Notes under the pieces: generated by a model
Database searches by the model: none
What the model was told of the DNA's origin: nothing
What the model saw: only the letters and a program-made list of their open reading frames with translations
Part shown: piece by piece, positions 24,180-37,257 of the stretch
Position numbering within the stretch: position 1 is the stretch's first letter
Layout of the letters: each line of letters begins with the position of its first letter
Source: Massalongia carnosa
Lineage: Eukaryota
DNA length: 64,000 nucleotides
Direction: 5' to 3'
Assembly: GCA_965645245.1 (NCBI GenBank)
Contig: OZ287070.1
Span: 186,001-250,000, forward strand
Translations under genes and position numbers: made by a program

Positions 24180-27064
24180 ACGTTATACTAGATTGCACCC
24201 GTCATCATAAAAGAGAAAGAAACACTAGAAAGCTAGAGGAGTAGGACCGCGTACGAAAAAACACGAAGGTCTCGTTCAACGAGTGCAAATATCGACGAAG
24301 ACTGAAGCAAAATAAAGACGAATCGTGGAGATTAATCATCACCAACCCTGATCACAATCACGAGATGACTACAGACCCCTTCGGTTTCAAAGAGCATCGT
24401 AGCCAAGACCTCGATCGAGCAAATGCCATAGATCAAGCAAAAAGTCTCCGTGATGCATCAACTAGATACGGTCAAGCATCTCGCGTTTTGGAATGACTAG
24501 CCTGCGCCTTTCGAAGAAGGACTATTACAACCTGGCTCGATCCCAGGGCAAACGTACACCTGAAGAAGAGTTGACCTATGCACTTGGATTTCTAGAAGAA
24601 GGGTTTCATGTACGGACTTTGGAGAAATATCTCGTTGAAAACAATATTCCCCGAAGACGTGTTGTTGAACATTTCTTTTCTGTAACGCTGAACAGATCTG
24701 ACTGACTAGACGATTCGTCAGTGGATTTTTGATAGAAACGGATGCTATGTTCAATACAAATCTGTTGAACTTGTTAGAATGTACAAATCAGGCTACTTCA
24801 TTTCAGACGCACTCACTTTCTACCGCACGAGTATGGCGCACGCTAATGGCTAGACGTATCGCTAGTCTAATACTAGGATACCGTACATTGTCTATAAATC
24901 TAGCTATTCCCACTATATAGAATAAAAGTAAGCGTTCTATCCTCTATCTACTATACTGCCTTTTGATAGAACTTACCTGTATCAGTGTTGATTGGCATCA
25001 CCAACACAAATCAGACTTTCCCCGCGGCCTATTGTTATATAAATTCTGAATCGGCTGAGTGCTTTACGTTTCTATTTGATTGTATGAAAGATCTCTTTTT
25101 TCATGATACATGTCCTGGTCCTAGGGTCATCCTCGGAGACTTCGCAGCTGGATTGACTGCAGCGATGCATAAAAAACGGGCTAAGGAAATAAACCCGGAT
25201 GCAGCAATGACCGTTGCATGGCCAGTCGCCCAATCAATACACGAAACCGACCCTGATTGTGTATTGCAATTATACACGTGGCACGCAGCGGAGGCAATCA
25301 AGAAACGCCTGATCAGGGCGGGTTCATATCCCTTAGAAGTACGGAAAGAGCTGCATGAATTGATATGGGAGTGGATCAAAACTCCTACCGTTGAATAGCT
25401 GGATGAGAAAAGAAACGCGTTTATGTTGAAGCTTCATGCTTCAGAAAAGGTATGAAGCCATCAAAAAACGTTAGTAAGGGCTAACTCGCTCCTATTTCCA
25501 GGACTATTTTACTAGCTATTATCAACGTCAGGAGTGTAACTTTGTTTCCGCATATGCCAAAAGTAACCTAATTTAGGTGCACAAACACACAAAGGGTGGA
25601 AGGTTTGCATCACTTGGTAAAGAATGTGACAAATAGGCATACACCTATTAAGGACTCGGTGCGGAAAATATGCGAAACAGTGAAAAGGGTTCAGGTTGAC
25701 TACGAAATATCAATCAATCATCAACGAATCAACAACCACCGGCTAATGGAAAGAAGTGCGTTCAAAGACCTTATAGGTTTAATAACTCATCATGCTATAT
25801 ACCTCATATCTAGAGAGTTGAATGCAGCTAAACTTTTAGCCGAAGATTTCAATCAACAGGTTTCTTTTGGAGTTGAAGGGACTGCATTAATTGAACCAAC
25901 CGGTGAAGATTGTATGTATGATTGATTTGCCTTCACGATACGGCCTTCCGTGCAGATGCTGGTTGTATCATTGCATCATTGATGTTATCCCCATACCTAT
26001 TTCCCTCATTCATCCCCGCTGGTTTTTCGATGGCCCGCCTTTTGTGGTCTCGTGGAGAATGGTTTTCGACCCCACCAAAAGTTTCGTTGAATTGTTTCGG
26101 AGAGCAGCTTACAGGAAGACCACAGAAGAGCAGGATGAGGAGGCGGATGAGGGAGAGAATGCTCAACAAAGACAAGAATCTGAGCCGGAAGAGGAGATCG
26201 AGAAGGTAGTTGACAATAATACTGGGGATAGATTTCGTCGCGGGGGTGTTGATTTGCTGCATGCGGCCGCACATCAATCTATTGATTTTCATAAATCAAT
26301 AAAAAATGTGCATAGAAGGGGGGAATACGCTCGTGAATTCGCCAAATTCACTGCTATTTTCAATAAAAAAAATGGCATGATAAGGAGCTGGCGAAGCCAC
26401 TTATCCCTACGACTTTCCCCGACGAAATCCGACCGAAGGACAACCTCATGTATAAAAAGAGTGGGAGTCGCCGGCGAGCTTACACTGGCCGTGAGGCAGC
26501 TGAGGCAGATGAAGCTAAGCAGCGACGTGCTAAACGTAAGGACTCGATTGAAGAAGGGAGGAGAGGAAGGCATGAGGATGAATTGCGGGCAGGCGGTGAA
26601 GACAAGGGTATGATTGATGATAAAAAACCCACGATATCAGCAAATCGATCGATGTAGCGCGGCTAATATTCGGTATAGATTCCGGAGATGCTATCATCGT
26701 ATCTGACGACGATGACCTGCAATATATAGCAACTCAGCCTACCCCCAATCCTCCACTCCCTCTGAATGAGAATGATGATTTTATCCCTCCATCCCCGGCA
26801 TCTTCTTCCGATTCATTTGAAGGTATTGATGAAGTGCTGGCGAAACATAGCCAAAAGGCTCTTTCCCAAACGGCTCCCTCTCCAAAAGCTCCTTCCCTTT
26901 ATAGCCTCAGTAAAAAAAACATCCGCGCTAGCTAGCTACCATCCACATCGTCTGCAACAACAACACGAGGGTCACGGGGTGTGGTAGCCAAAAAAATCGA
27001 AGGCTCAGTTGGAGTTGGAGTCTCAGCAGAGGGCCGACCAAGCGGCCAAACAAGCAAGGGCTGA
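24180..27064 (+). mobile_element. Degenerate Mutator-like (MULE) transposase region
   Basis: FAR1-like C..NPDHNH, IETDAMFNTN, VILGDFAAGL, LQLYTWH, SWIM-like LPCRCWL; intron 25450-25501. Homologous to 46790-47340, 57912-59004 and 60869-62050. Confidence 0.85.
24772..24968. mobile_element. Small solo LTR (197 bp) inside the MULE transposase
   Basis: 5-bp TSD GAACT; removing it restores NTNLLNLPVSVLIG. Confidence 0.8.
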
Positions 27065-27476
27065 ATTTCACTATCAAGAGATATTCTTCTGACGTAAATA
27101 TAAATTCACCATAGAGCTCATTATTATCATACATTCAGCACAACATCCTCGTATATTATTCTGAATTGGGAGGGATAAGATGGTGGAAGCATCGTCGTAG
27201 ATGTGATGACCGTAAGTAGGAGTGCTCTGGCAGATAGATAGGCGCTTCGAGAACCTCATCGGGAAGACTAGTGATTAATATTCAAACAAGTTCTACTAGG
27301 CTTGTTAGAGGTGCTGCCTGCTAGCTGAAAGACTGTTGAACTCTATGTGCTGCCAGGAGGTTCCCTTTCATTCGTTCTATCCTGCTCGATCAAGTGCAGA
27401 TTCAGACTTATGTAGTGTCCAATTTCGACACCGAGGCCTAAAAGTGCACATCGTCGGATTAAGATTATTTCCACCT

Positions 27477-28462
27477 CTAACAGCCCAGACAATTCATATA
27501 AAAGCCCCAGGCGGAGAGACAATCCGGAGGTTCTAGGAACCCCGGTACATAATCTGCAGCCCATTCCTCATGCTCGTCAACAGTGTATATGGTTTTGCAG
27601 AATTCCCAATATGCAGGATACCAGCCTGATTGATGCCAGTCGACGACGGCACAGATAAGAGGAGAGTCGCGAGATATGAGAATATTACGAGGATGCAAGT
27701 CGGCATGGGTAAATGTGATAGGGCTGTCATCGGGAAGTCCTGGTCGTATTGGATCGATAAAATCTTTCACGTTAGGTTGGCAGCGATGGGCTTGCCTAGA
27801 GAATCAGTCGTGGAATTCCTTGACCGAAGAGAAAGGGCCTCGGTTGGCTAATCCCGCAAACATGATATCGAGAAGCGGTTGATGAGCGACACTGCCTGGA
27901 CATTTAAATTAGACAGAATGCAAACCTTGCTTCAATGAGGTCTTATACAAGACTCACCAACGAACACATCCTTTGGGTCTTGCTTTAACTGGCGTATAGA
28001 TGCTACAATAGTCCGCAGCTGTTCACAGACCTACACACGTTCCTCGCTCGACAACGACTCCCAACGCTCCTCCAACGTAACCCCTGCTACTAGTTCCATG
28101 TAGATAAACACTTGTTCGCCATCTTGACGCCATCCGTAGACTTCCGGAACAGGCACGTGGTCACGTAGTAGTCGCCGAAGCGCCCATAAACATTGGCCTT
28201 CGGCAATCGAAACCTCAAAGCCGAACTTGACAATCAGATGCAGAGATGGAAATTGGACTGGAGGCGAAGTCCCGGGGGGGAACCCATTAGAGAGTGCCCG
28301 CTCTCTTACTTCGGCGGGCGAGGGTAAGGTGCGTTGGACCTCATGGTGTGAAAAGAAGGATGAGTCCTTGCATATGAACTCCCTGGAGGCTGGAACCGTC
28401 GAGGCGGATAACTCGATGGGGTCTGAGAGTTTAACATGAGCGCTGCGGATTTGAGATGTCAT
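27477..28462 (-). pseudogene. Aminoglycoside-phosphotransferase (APH/choline-kinase-like) gene, 2 exons, two nonsense codons
   Basis: LIVKFG, VPVPEVYGW, FIYMELVAG, FTHADLHPRNIL, VVDWHQSGWYPAYWE. Intron 27896-27957; TAG at 28031-28033 and TGA in FHD*F (~27804). Confidence 0.87.
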
Positions 28463-28649
28463 TGTGCAGATGCTGTTGTGTAGAAGATTTTCGTTGTGTG
28501 TATGGGTTAATTAAGCACACAATACCATTGATCAACGAACAACTCATCTTAGATGTGTGTGTGGTTGTATTGATTTCGCTTGAGTTCGTAGATAAAGAAC
28601 ACAACTACATAACGGTTTTATCTACAACATATCTTTATTTACCACAAAT

Positions 28650-31600
28650 TGTTAGTAGCACTAGTAGATAGAACGGGCTGTGGGCACGACTAGAGGCTAT
28701 TAAGGCCTTCGTCACTGTTAGGCACGGGACGCCTAGCCAGCCACGTGACCCCGAAAAGGGGCACACGCCTATATAGCCCACGCTCGCTACTAGCTAATAG
28801 AACAACTTTACCATCCAACTCAAGCACTGACGTAGTCATACGTCTGGTGCCACGAGTTGGGGTAAACCCACACTGATCAGTTTAGCTATTCAGATCAGAA
28901 TACCCCAATCATTAAAACCTGAAAACCTCACTATCGCTGACGATGGCAGGTTCTCCGAGCGTTGCTCCGAGCGCCGAAAACGCGATCGAGTCAACCGAGT
29001 CAACAAATCCCTTTCCCAACGGCATCGATCCGGAGACGGCCGATGCCGAGACAATCAAGAAATATATTAAATATCACTTCCAAAGATACGCAGACAATGA
29101 CTACGAGGACTACTATCTATGGAATATCGTCCAGGGAAACTTCGAGCACTTCAAAGAGGAGCATTTCAACAAATTCGATCGAGACACCTGGGAACTCGTA
29201 AAGGCCTACTGCTATCAACACGGCATTTGGATCGATCACAACTACGGGCCCGGCAGGACTCGCGCATCCTTCATGAGAAAGGCTATCAACACGGAATGGG
29301 AACTGGACTGGACTCTCGAACAAATTAAATGGGTTCAAGGACGATATAAACATCTATCCGAGAAAACCCTCGACCGAAAGCGAGAACTCATGAGCATCAT
29401 CGAGTCAGATAACCTAAATCTCATCGCTGCAAACTCGCGAGGTCTATCTGCGGATCCGAGAACACAATCGTACCAGGATACCAGACTCCAGACCCCATTG
29501 CATCAGTCTGCATCACCAAATCCGTACATACCTCAGGCACCCCTCGCGTCGCAGTCCCCACAATTTACTCAGCAGATCTCGCAACAACTGCCTCCGAGTC
29601 AATCATCGCATCAAACGCCTCATCATCAATTTCAGGAGAACTCGACCAATCAATACGCCAAGGAATTGACTCTGCTAGAGAAAATCTACAAGGATAACGA
29701 CAAGTTTAGTGGCACGGGCGACAACTTCGGTTTCAAACTCACCATATTCCTCGACAAATGCAGGCGAGTCGGACTACCTCATATCGCGTTCATTCATGGA
29801 GCCTCGATTATGCTTTCTGGTCAGGCATTGACTCATTACTATGCAAATCGAGGTTCCGCCGCGTCGTTTGATGATTTCTGTCAAACATGAGGACATTCTT
29901 TGAAGGGCCCGAGTGGGAACGCTACAATCTGGCAAAGTGGCAAACCATCTCCCTGAACGATGTTATCTCGGCCAACCCCTCGCTGTCGACAACCGAGTGT
30001 CTCAGAAAGCTATGCACCGAGCTGGACACGATATAACGAGGCATCAACACGGCATATCACGGGTCAATTCATCTGCGAGAAAACATCATTCGGGCCAGTA
30101 GGGGTCACCCAGCACTCGCGGCCGGTTTAACAAATCCACCACAGGACACACCAGGATTGGTCAATAACCTCTATGCCTCAATCGGCAATTATGAAGCGGT
30201 GCATAAGTCCGCGCAGGGGAGATATCTAGGCGAGAATGAGGACGATGAGGAGTCTTTCTTCACCGATTGGCAGTATCGCCGAGGCGGTTTCAACCCTCGC
30301 TCTCGCGGCGGACAACGTTTCAACCGATCAAGTTATTCATCTCGAAACCAGTCTCGAAACCCGTCTCGTGGCCCAATGCGTCAAAAACGCTGCTTCGTAT
30401 GCGATGAAGAAAGATGCTGGTCAACGAACCACTCATCGAAAGAACAGGAGGACTCCAAGAAGCGCTGGGGAGATAGGCATCCCAAGTACAAAAATCGCTC
30501 AGGCTATGAACGCAATCTTCGTCAATACATCGCTAATTATGAGGGCGATGATGAAGATGAAGACGAAATAGTTCACTTTTTCGGAGACCTGTCCATCGAG
30601 GCAAAAGACCCTTCTCTTGATGCAGAGGTCGCTACCGAGATGTTTCATACCTCGATTGGCACCCTTCATGCAGTTGAGTCTATTAATGCGATCAACATGC
30701 TGACCAATAAGGCCTTCGAACATCACATAACTTGGTCAGACAATACCATCGCCCCCGTCTCAGTGCCCTACAGTTTTATCACGTCAACCGACACTCGCTA
30801 CGACGAGTCCGAGTTTAAAGGGCTACTGATCGATTCCGGTGCTGCAACTCGGTCAACCGGTGGCATTGGGCAGCTAAAGGCCTTGCAGAAGATCATCTCG
30901 ATAAAACTCGACGAGACAACGGCTGGGTCAGCAAATTTCGTCTTTGGCATCGGTAGTACGTCTTCAATCGGCACGGTCAACCTGAATACCCCCATAGGAA
31001 GAATTGTCTTTCATATCGTACGAGTCAATACGCCGTTTCTCCTCTGCCTCGCCGACATGGACAAGCTAGGTGCCTTCTTCAATAACCTAACCAATCAAGT
31101 TGTTCAGGCCCAACATACTCATCCTGTGATTCGCCGGTATGGTCATGCGTTTCTTTTATGGTGCACATGCGCATATGCCCTCGCGATTGAATCATTCTCG
31201 GAAAATCCATGCTTCTTAACTACCACCGAGCTCCGCCGACTACATCGTCGCTTCGGGCACCCATCAGTCTCGCGCCTACATCGGATTCTCGAGCGATCAG
31301 GTCATGATGTCGACCTTCGAGCCCTAGAATACCTCGTTAAATATTGCCACCATTGTCAGAAGCACGGAAAGTCGCCAGGTAGGTTCGGTTTTACCATAAA
31401 AGATGACGTCGAGTTTAATTACCACATTGTCGTCGATATTCTTTACATAGAAGGCAAGGCGGTGCTGCAGTTAGTCGACGAGGCAACTCGATTTCAAGCA
31501 GGACGGTGGCTGAAGGACATTTCGGCCAGACATGTATGGGATCAGCTACGGGCATGTTGGATCGATACCTATCTCGGCCCCCCCGACCTCATCTCGGCCG

Positions 31601-34524
31601 ATGCAGGCAAACAGTTCATGGCCAGGGAATTCCGACAATATGCTGCAAACATGGGAATCATTGTCAAAAACGTCCCCGTCGAAGCGCATCACTCCATCGG
31701 TCTAGTTGAACGCTATCATGGACCACTTCGTCGAGCATATAGCATCATAACTGCCGAAATTCCCGGAATCGAGCCCGAGTTGGCCCTACAAATGGCATTC
31801 AAGGCACTCAACGACTCGGTAGGACCGAATGGTCTAGTTCCGACGTTGCTTGTGTTCGGTGCCTACCCGAGAATGACTGAAATGGATGCTCCCTCGCCTA
31901 CAATCACCCAACGCACGATAGCCATGAGAAAGGCTATGGAGGAGGTACGCAAGCTGCATGCATCTCGTCAGGTTAATGATGCATTGAACACTCGAAACGG
32001 CCCGTCCACCACCTTGATTCACGACTTGCCCATCAATTCGCCGGTGCTAGTATTCCGAGAAGGCAATGCAGGTCGATCAGGGACGTGGAAGGGACCATAC
32101 AAACTTCTCAGCCTACAAGGCGAGTCAGCTATCATCGAGCTGTCGAGCGGACCCACCAAATTCCGTTCCACCTCGTTGAAACCGTACTACGACCTTGCTG
32201 CTGATGGCATGAAGGATACAAATAAAGATGAAAAAGATGACGAAAGCGCAGGAGACGCCGACGTTGGTGCAGGACGTATAGATGATGGTACAGGAGATGC
32301 CTCATCTATTAACCCTCGCACCTCGGGACATGTTCCCTCGATCGATGCAAGAGACACCCCTCCTACGAATCCCCTCGTCTCGGGAATCATTGCCCCGACT
32401 GCCTCACCTTCATCAGCACCATCAGCACCAGTCAAACGTGGCCGTGGAAGACCCAGAAAGCATCCCGAACATGTCAATTTCACTACGCCTTCCAACATCT
32501 GCTTCGTCATCGATACTCCTGAAGATAATGATGACGACATCTCGAAATTACCCCAATTCACCTCATCGAGGCAAAAGGAAGTCGCCGGACTTCTAGAAAA
32601 AGGTGTATTCAAACTCGTAAATTCTGAAGACGTTCCAGATGACGCACGCGTTTTCAACTCGAGGTTTGTTGACGAAATAAAGAATCCTGGCACCGATAAG
32701 GCTTTCGAGAAATCACGTCTGGTCGTACAGGCCTACAATGACCTCAATAAAGACCTCGTTCTGACACAGTCACCGACAATTCAACGAGTCAGTCAACGTC
32801 TTATCATCTGCCTCACAGCAACATTTCAAAACGAGTCAACAAAGCTATACCTTCGCGACGTCACTCAGGCATACGTTCAATCAAATTCCGAGTTGAATCG
32901 TGACTTTTACATCCGCCCGCCTCATGAACTCACGGCGATGATGGGAGCTCCATCCAACTGCATCCTGAAAGTCATAAAACCTCTCTATGGCGTCCCGGAA
33001 GCAGGCAATCATTGGTTCGCCACGTATCATGCCCATCATACTAGAAAACTCGGCATGACCGAGTCAACCTACGATCCATGCCTACTCTACAAATCCGAGC
33101 CTTTTGGCATCGTTGGCCTACAAACTGACGACACCCTTATGCTAGCAAGCGACACCTTTTCGGCCGAGGAAGAAGATGCTATCAAGAAGGCTAAGATCAT
33201 GACTAAAGAGCGCACTCATCTCATCCTCGAAACCCCAATCAAGTTCAATGGCACCATGATCCGACTCGCCCCGAGCAGAGACATCATGTTGACCCAGGAA
33301 ACTCGTGTTGGAAGCATCTCGCTGGTTAAGAATCATGACGCCTCGACAACTAGCTCGCGAGGCATCGTTCGAGAAAAGTTGTCTTCGAGAGAGCAATATG
33401 TGGCCCAACGAGCTAGAGGTGCATACACAGCTTCCATCTGTCAGCCCGAGGCCTCTTTCGATCTATCTTATGCCGCTCAGTCAACAAAGTTCTCCTCAGA
33501 TGATATCAATGCCCTAAACAAGCGACTTAAGTGGCAAATAGAAAATCAATCCCGAGGGCTGAAATAGGTCAAACTCGATCGAAACAGCCTTCAGTTGGTC
33601 GTTTTCACCGATTCATCCTTTGCCAACAACCGAGACCTCTCATCACAAATCGGTTATGTCATATGCCTTGCTGACTCGACTGACAAAGCCAACGTCATTC
33701 ATTGGTCATCAATTAAGTGTAAAAGGGTGACGCGGAGTGTCTTGGCCGCCGAGCTATATGGCATGGCACATGGGTTCGATATCGGGGCCGTCATAAAGGC
33801 AACCCTTAGCAAACTTCTCGGAACCGACATTCCACTGATTCTCTGCACAGATTCAAAATCGCTATATGACTGCTTAGTAAAACTCGGGACGACCCAAGAG
33901 AAATGCTTAATGATTGATGTCATGAGTCTCCGTCAGTCATACGAGAGACGTGAGGTGACCGAGGTGAAATGGATTCATGGCCACAACAACCCCGCCGACT
34001 CCATGACCAAGACAAAGGCATCCTCGGCCCTCAAAACGGTGATTGATACTAATCGCATCAACCTAGATACGACCGAGTGGGTAGAACGAGCATCAGGCTG
34101 TAGGGCGGCGATAAAATGGCAGGCTGATGATGTTCAATGAACCTGAGGCCGCGCTATGTCAGTTGCGAGTTGGGTTGAGTGAGACGCTATATGAGGCCTC
34201 ACACAGGCAAGCAAAGCCGGGCGTAGGGGGACAGCAGGCATAGATGCAACCCGGCATCGAGGCATAGAGGGGGTTTATTTCGTTTTTCTAAGTGGTTCCA
34301 GTGTTAGTAGCACTAGTAGATAGAACGGGCTGTGGGCACGACTAGAGGCTATTAAGGCCTTCGTCACTGTTAGGCACGGGACGCCTAGCCAGCCACGTGA
34401 CCCCGAAAAGGGGCACACGCCTATATAGCCCACGCTCGCTACTAGCTAATAGAACAACTTTACCATCCAACTCAAGCACTGACGTAGTCATACGTCTGGT
34501 GCCACGAGTTGGGGTAAACCCACA
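28650..34524 (+). mobile_element. Full-length Ty1/Copia retrotransposon, GalEa-like
   Basis: Identical 223-bp LTRs (28650-28872, 34302-34524), TSD CAAAT, order gag-PR(IDSGA)-IN-RT(QTDD)-RH(TDSKSLYD), CTGATCAG hairpin instead of a PBS. Confidence 0.95.
28943..34140 (+). pseudogene. GalEa-type gag-pol polyprotein with a frameshift (~29885) and a stop (33565)
   Basis: ORFs 28943-29890, 30157-33567 and 33595-34140; CFVCDEERCWSTNH knuckle; AT-hook KRGRGRPRK between IN and RT. Confidence 0.9.
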
Positions 34525-34885
34525 CAAATAAATGTTATAATTTATTTTTTGATTTGAGATATTATGTATAATCAAATTTTATAACGGTTATATTTTAATA
34601 TCAATTCGCAGTGATTTAAGTTTTCTTCTTGAATATGGAATAATCTGTTTTGGAAGCCTTAGAGTTTGAAAAAAAAACAATAAATCTTATAAACGGCTTT
34701 GTAAAAATAAGAAAATTCTAATTACGTTGTGACCAAAAGAAGGAAACACGAGGTACGCCGCGCAACGGGTCGGGTTTCTCTACTGAAAACCCAACCCGTT
34801 TGTGGCGAGCCCTATGATTTTTGGTGTCCGGGTTGAGTTTTGAAAGAAAAACCCGGTGGCGAAAAAGTAATTTTATGGCGAAAAC

Positions 34886-35770
34886 TGTCAGGGGAGGGCT
34901 GGAGAGATACAAGACTCTATCTTGCAGAACGGATATCTAGATATGCTAAAACTAGAAGTTGAGAATAATACACAAGACGTCCGATGACGAGCTCTAAACA
35001 CCTGGGAAACCACATAGACTTTATAGCCATTGCTTTCAACTCTCCTATTCTCGACTTACCCTATCTCTGTTCCTATACTAATTTCCTTAACATGATTGCT
35101 TTGACCTATCCCGCCTTTATCTGTGCTGAAGCACTCTCAGTCATAAGCCTGGTGTCATGAAATCGAACCAACCCGATCCAGAATCAATCCCGCAGATGAA
35201 TCTGACTAAGCTCCCGTTCCTCTATTCAGCTTAGTCAGAATCTCATTAACTAAATCGAGTTTAGACCCCTCTCAACGGCTTCAGGTCAAAGCTGTACCAT
35301 CACCATCAAAGCGTACCAACGACAGGAGAACCTCATCTCCACCTTTTATCGTCAAACACCTCGTCAAACCTTCGTGCCGTACGTCTCCTAATAGGGGGAG
35401 ATGAACACTGATCGAATCTTCATGCAAAGGGGTTCGAGACAAATATAAAATGAAGGATAAGTTAATTAGATAGTTGACTCCTTGTCCGACGTCTTGTATA
35501 GCAATCCATCACCTAGCTATAGCCTTATTAATAAAGACATCTTGATCACCCAATCCAATTCCTAGGAACATTAGTTCAATCCCTTGCCCACTCCTTGACA
35601 CCTGGATAGTGGAGACGTTGAGATTGGATACGGATTGTAGGAGATTGATAGTGCGCTGAGAGCGGCAGAAGAACGCCTGAGCACGATGGGTGAGGTTTCA
35701 CAGCAATGGGCCCTGTTTAAATACTAACCCGATCAGGACAAGCGGGAGGGTGCGAAGCGATTCCGTGACA
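34886..35770. mobile_element. Solo LTR inserted in the MITE
   Basis: TGTCAGG...CCGTGACA termini, TSD AAAAC; uninterrupted inverted copy at 63470-63917. Confidence 0.9.
35153..35600. mobile_element. Solo LTR nested in the previous solo LTR
   Basis: TGTCATG...CCTTGACA termini, TSD CCTGG; shares one end with 3892-4331. Confidence 0.88.
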
Positions 35771-35850
35771 AAAACCCAACCCGTTGCGCGGCGTAACACG
35801 AGGGCGTTATCGGCTGGCAGAAGGATGTTAGAGATAGAGATAATTGGGAA

Positions 35851-35998
35851 TACGCGGCGCAACGGGTCGGGTTTCTCTACTAAAAACCCAACCCGTTTGT
35901 GGCGAACCCTATGATTTTTGGTGTCCGGGTTGAGTTTTCAGAGAAACCCGGTGGCGAAAATGCAATTTGTGGCGAAACCCAACCCGTTGCGCGGCGTA
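35851..35998. mobile_element. Second, uninterrupted copy of the ~148-bp MITE
   Basis: Same TIRs and interior as the 34754 copy. No TSD; followed by ACCCG/CGGGT-rich sequence to ~36125. Confidence 0.85.
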
Positions 35999-36164
35999 GG
36001 TCGGGTTGGGTCGGGTTTTGACTAGTCGAACCCGACCCGCTACCGGGTTGGGAAACCTGTAGGGCTCAACCCGCTGGGTTGAGGAACCGTTCCCGGGTTA
36101 ACCCGTTTGACCCGTTCGACCCGGTAGATTTTTTATATCAATTTTAAACGTGTTTTTTAGACGC

Positions 36165-36656
36165 TGTGAAGGGTGGAGTGGGACTCCACCGGGTCGGTGG
36201 CAAGTGAGGTGATGAGTCAGGTATTGGTCATGTGGTCGGGTGCTGGCGTCTTGGCGTTCCGGTTATATGAGTCTTTTTCTGTAAGACGTATGCTTCTACT
36301 CAGAGGGCGTGTTGGTCACGTGAAGGGGGTGTCTCAATAATGTATGTTATTGATCTATGCCCTTAGAATAAGGTGGGCATCGACCTCTTTATCCTACAGA
36401 CGTGTCTCCCCCTAAGACTCCTTTATCGGATAGCCCCCAGCTATCTGATTGGTCCAAATGGCTCCCGGCCCCTTTGGGCGGTTAGTGCCATCCGACATGG
36501 GTTTCCAGCCGTCCCCCTCGCCAGCCGTCCCCCTGAGACGGCATGTGGCCGACAGCGGAATCAGCCTATTAGGGTCGGGCCGGGTTCGGCGGCCGAGTCC
36601 ATGCTGATGCCCCTTTTCCGTATCCTTCTCCGTAGTCTCTATGGCAGGTCCTGACA
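36165..36656. mobile_element. Possible solo LTR
   Basis: TGTGAAGG...CCTGACA termini; flanks gacgc/aatgc differ by two transitions. Confidence 0.4.
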
Positions 36657-36859
36657 AATGCTTAGAGAATTTTTACTACTGTTTGCACAAAATTGCCCTG
36701 TTGATGATTTGTCATCCCAAAATCTCGAAATTATGGTCTTATCGTGCAGGACCCCCCATATGTTCGGAAATAAGCAATTTGAACGGGGTCTTATATCCGG
36801 GAGGGTCTTACCAAAAAGCAGAGGCTTATATGCCAGATAATACGGTAGAACATTCTCGA

Positions 36860-37257
36860 AAATCGTAAACGCAATAAAACTTCACAGAAATAAATCAGAC
36901 GATCGATAACGTTAAATTATCTACGAAAATCGTAAATGAATTCGATAAAAATTAATCTCGAATAAGCGATTATTCGTTTCTTTTTTATCAAAAACTGAAT
37001 AAACGAAGCGAATTATTCACCACTTCGAGACGTCCTTTATAGAAGGGAAGGATAGTGTCAGGATCCTGGCCTGACCCGACATGCTCTGATATTCACGGGA
37101 CAGCGTTACTTATCTAAGCAGTTACGCGCGTTGCTTGACTGACTAGCGCGTCACGGTAGATTACGTCTAGGAGTTTAGCGATGATTATTCTTTTCTTTCC
37201 TTGTAGTTAAATTCTAGTTCTTAGCTACTGAATAATATCAAGGCAAGCTGCCTGACA
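36860..37257 (+). mobile_element. Degenerate Gypsy 3' end (AT-rich relic, PPT, LTR 37056-37257)
   Basis: PPT agaagggaaggatag then TGTCAGGATCC...CCTGACA, similar to the LTR at 2207-2403. Confidence 0.65.

Larger units (their letters stand above)
34754..35795. mobile_element. ~150-bp hAT-like MITE carrying two nested solo LTRs
   Basis: TIRs tacgccgcgcaacgggt(c/t)gggttt; 8-bp TSD ACACGAGG (34746-34753 / 35796-35803). Confidence 0.85.
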
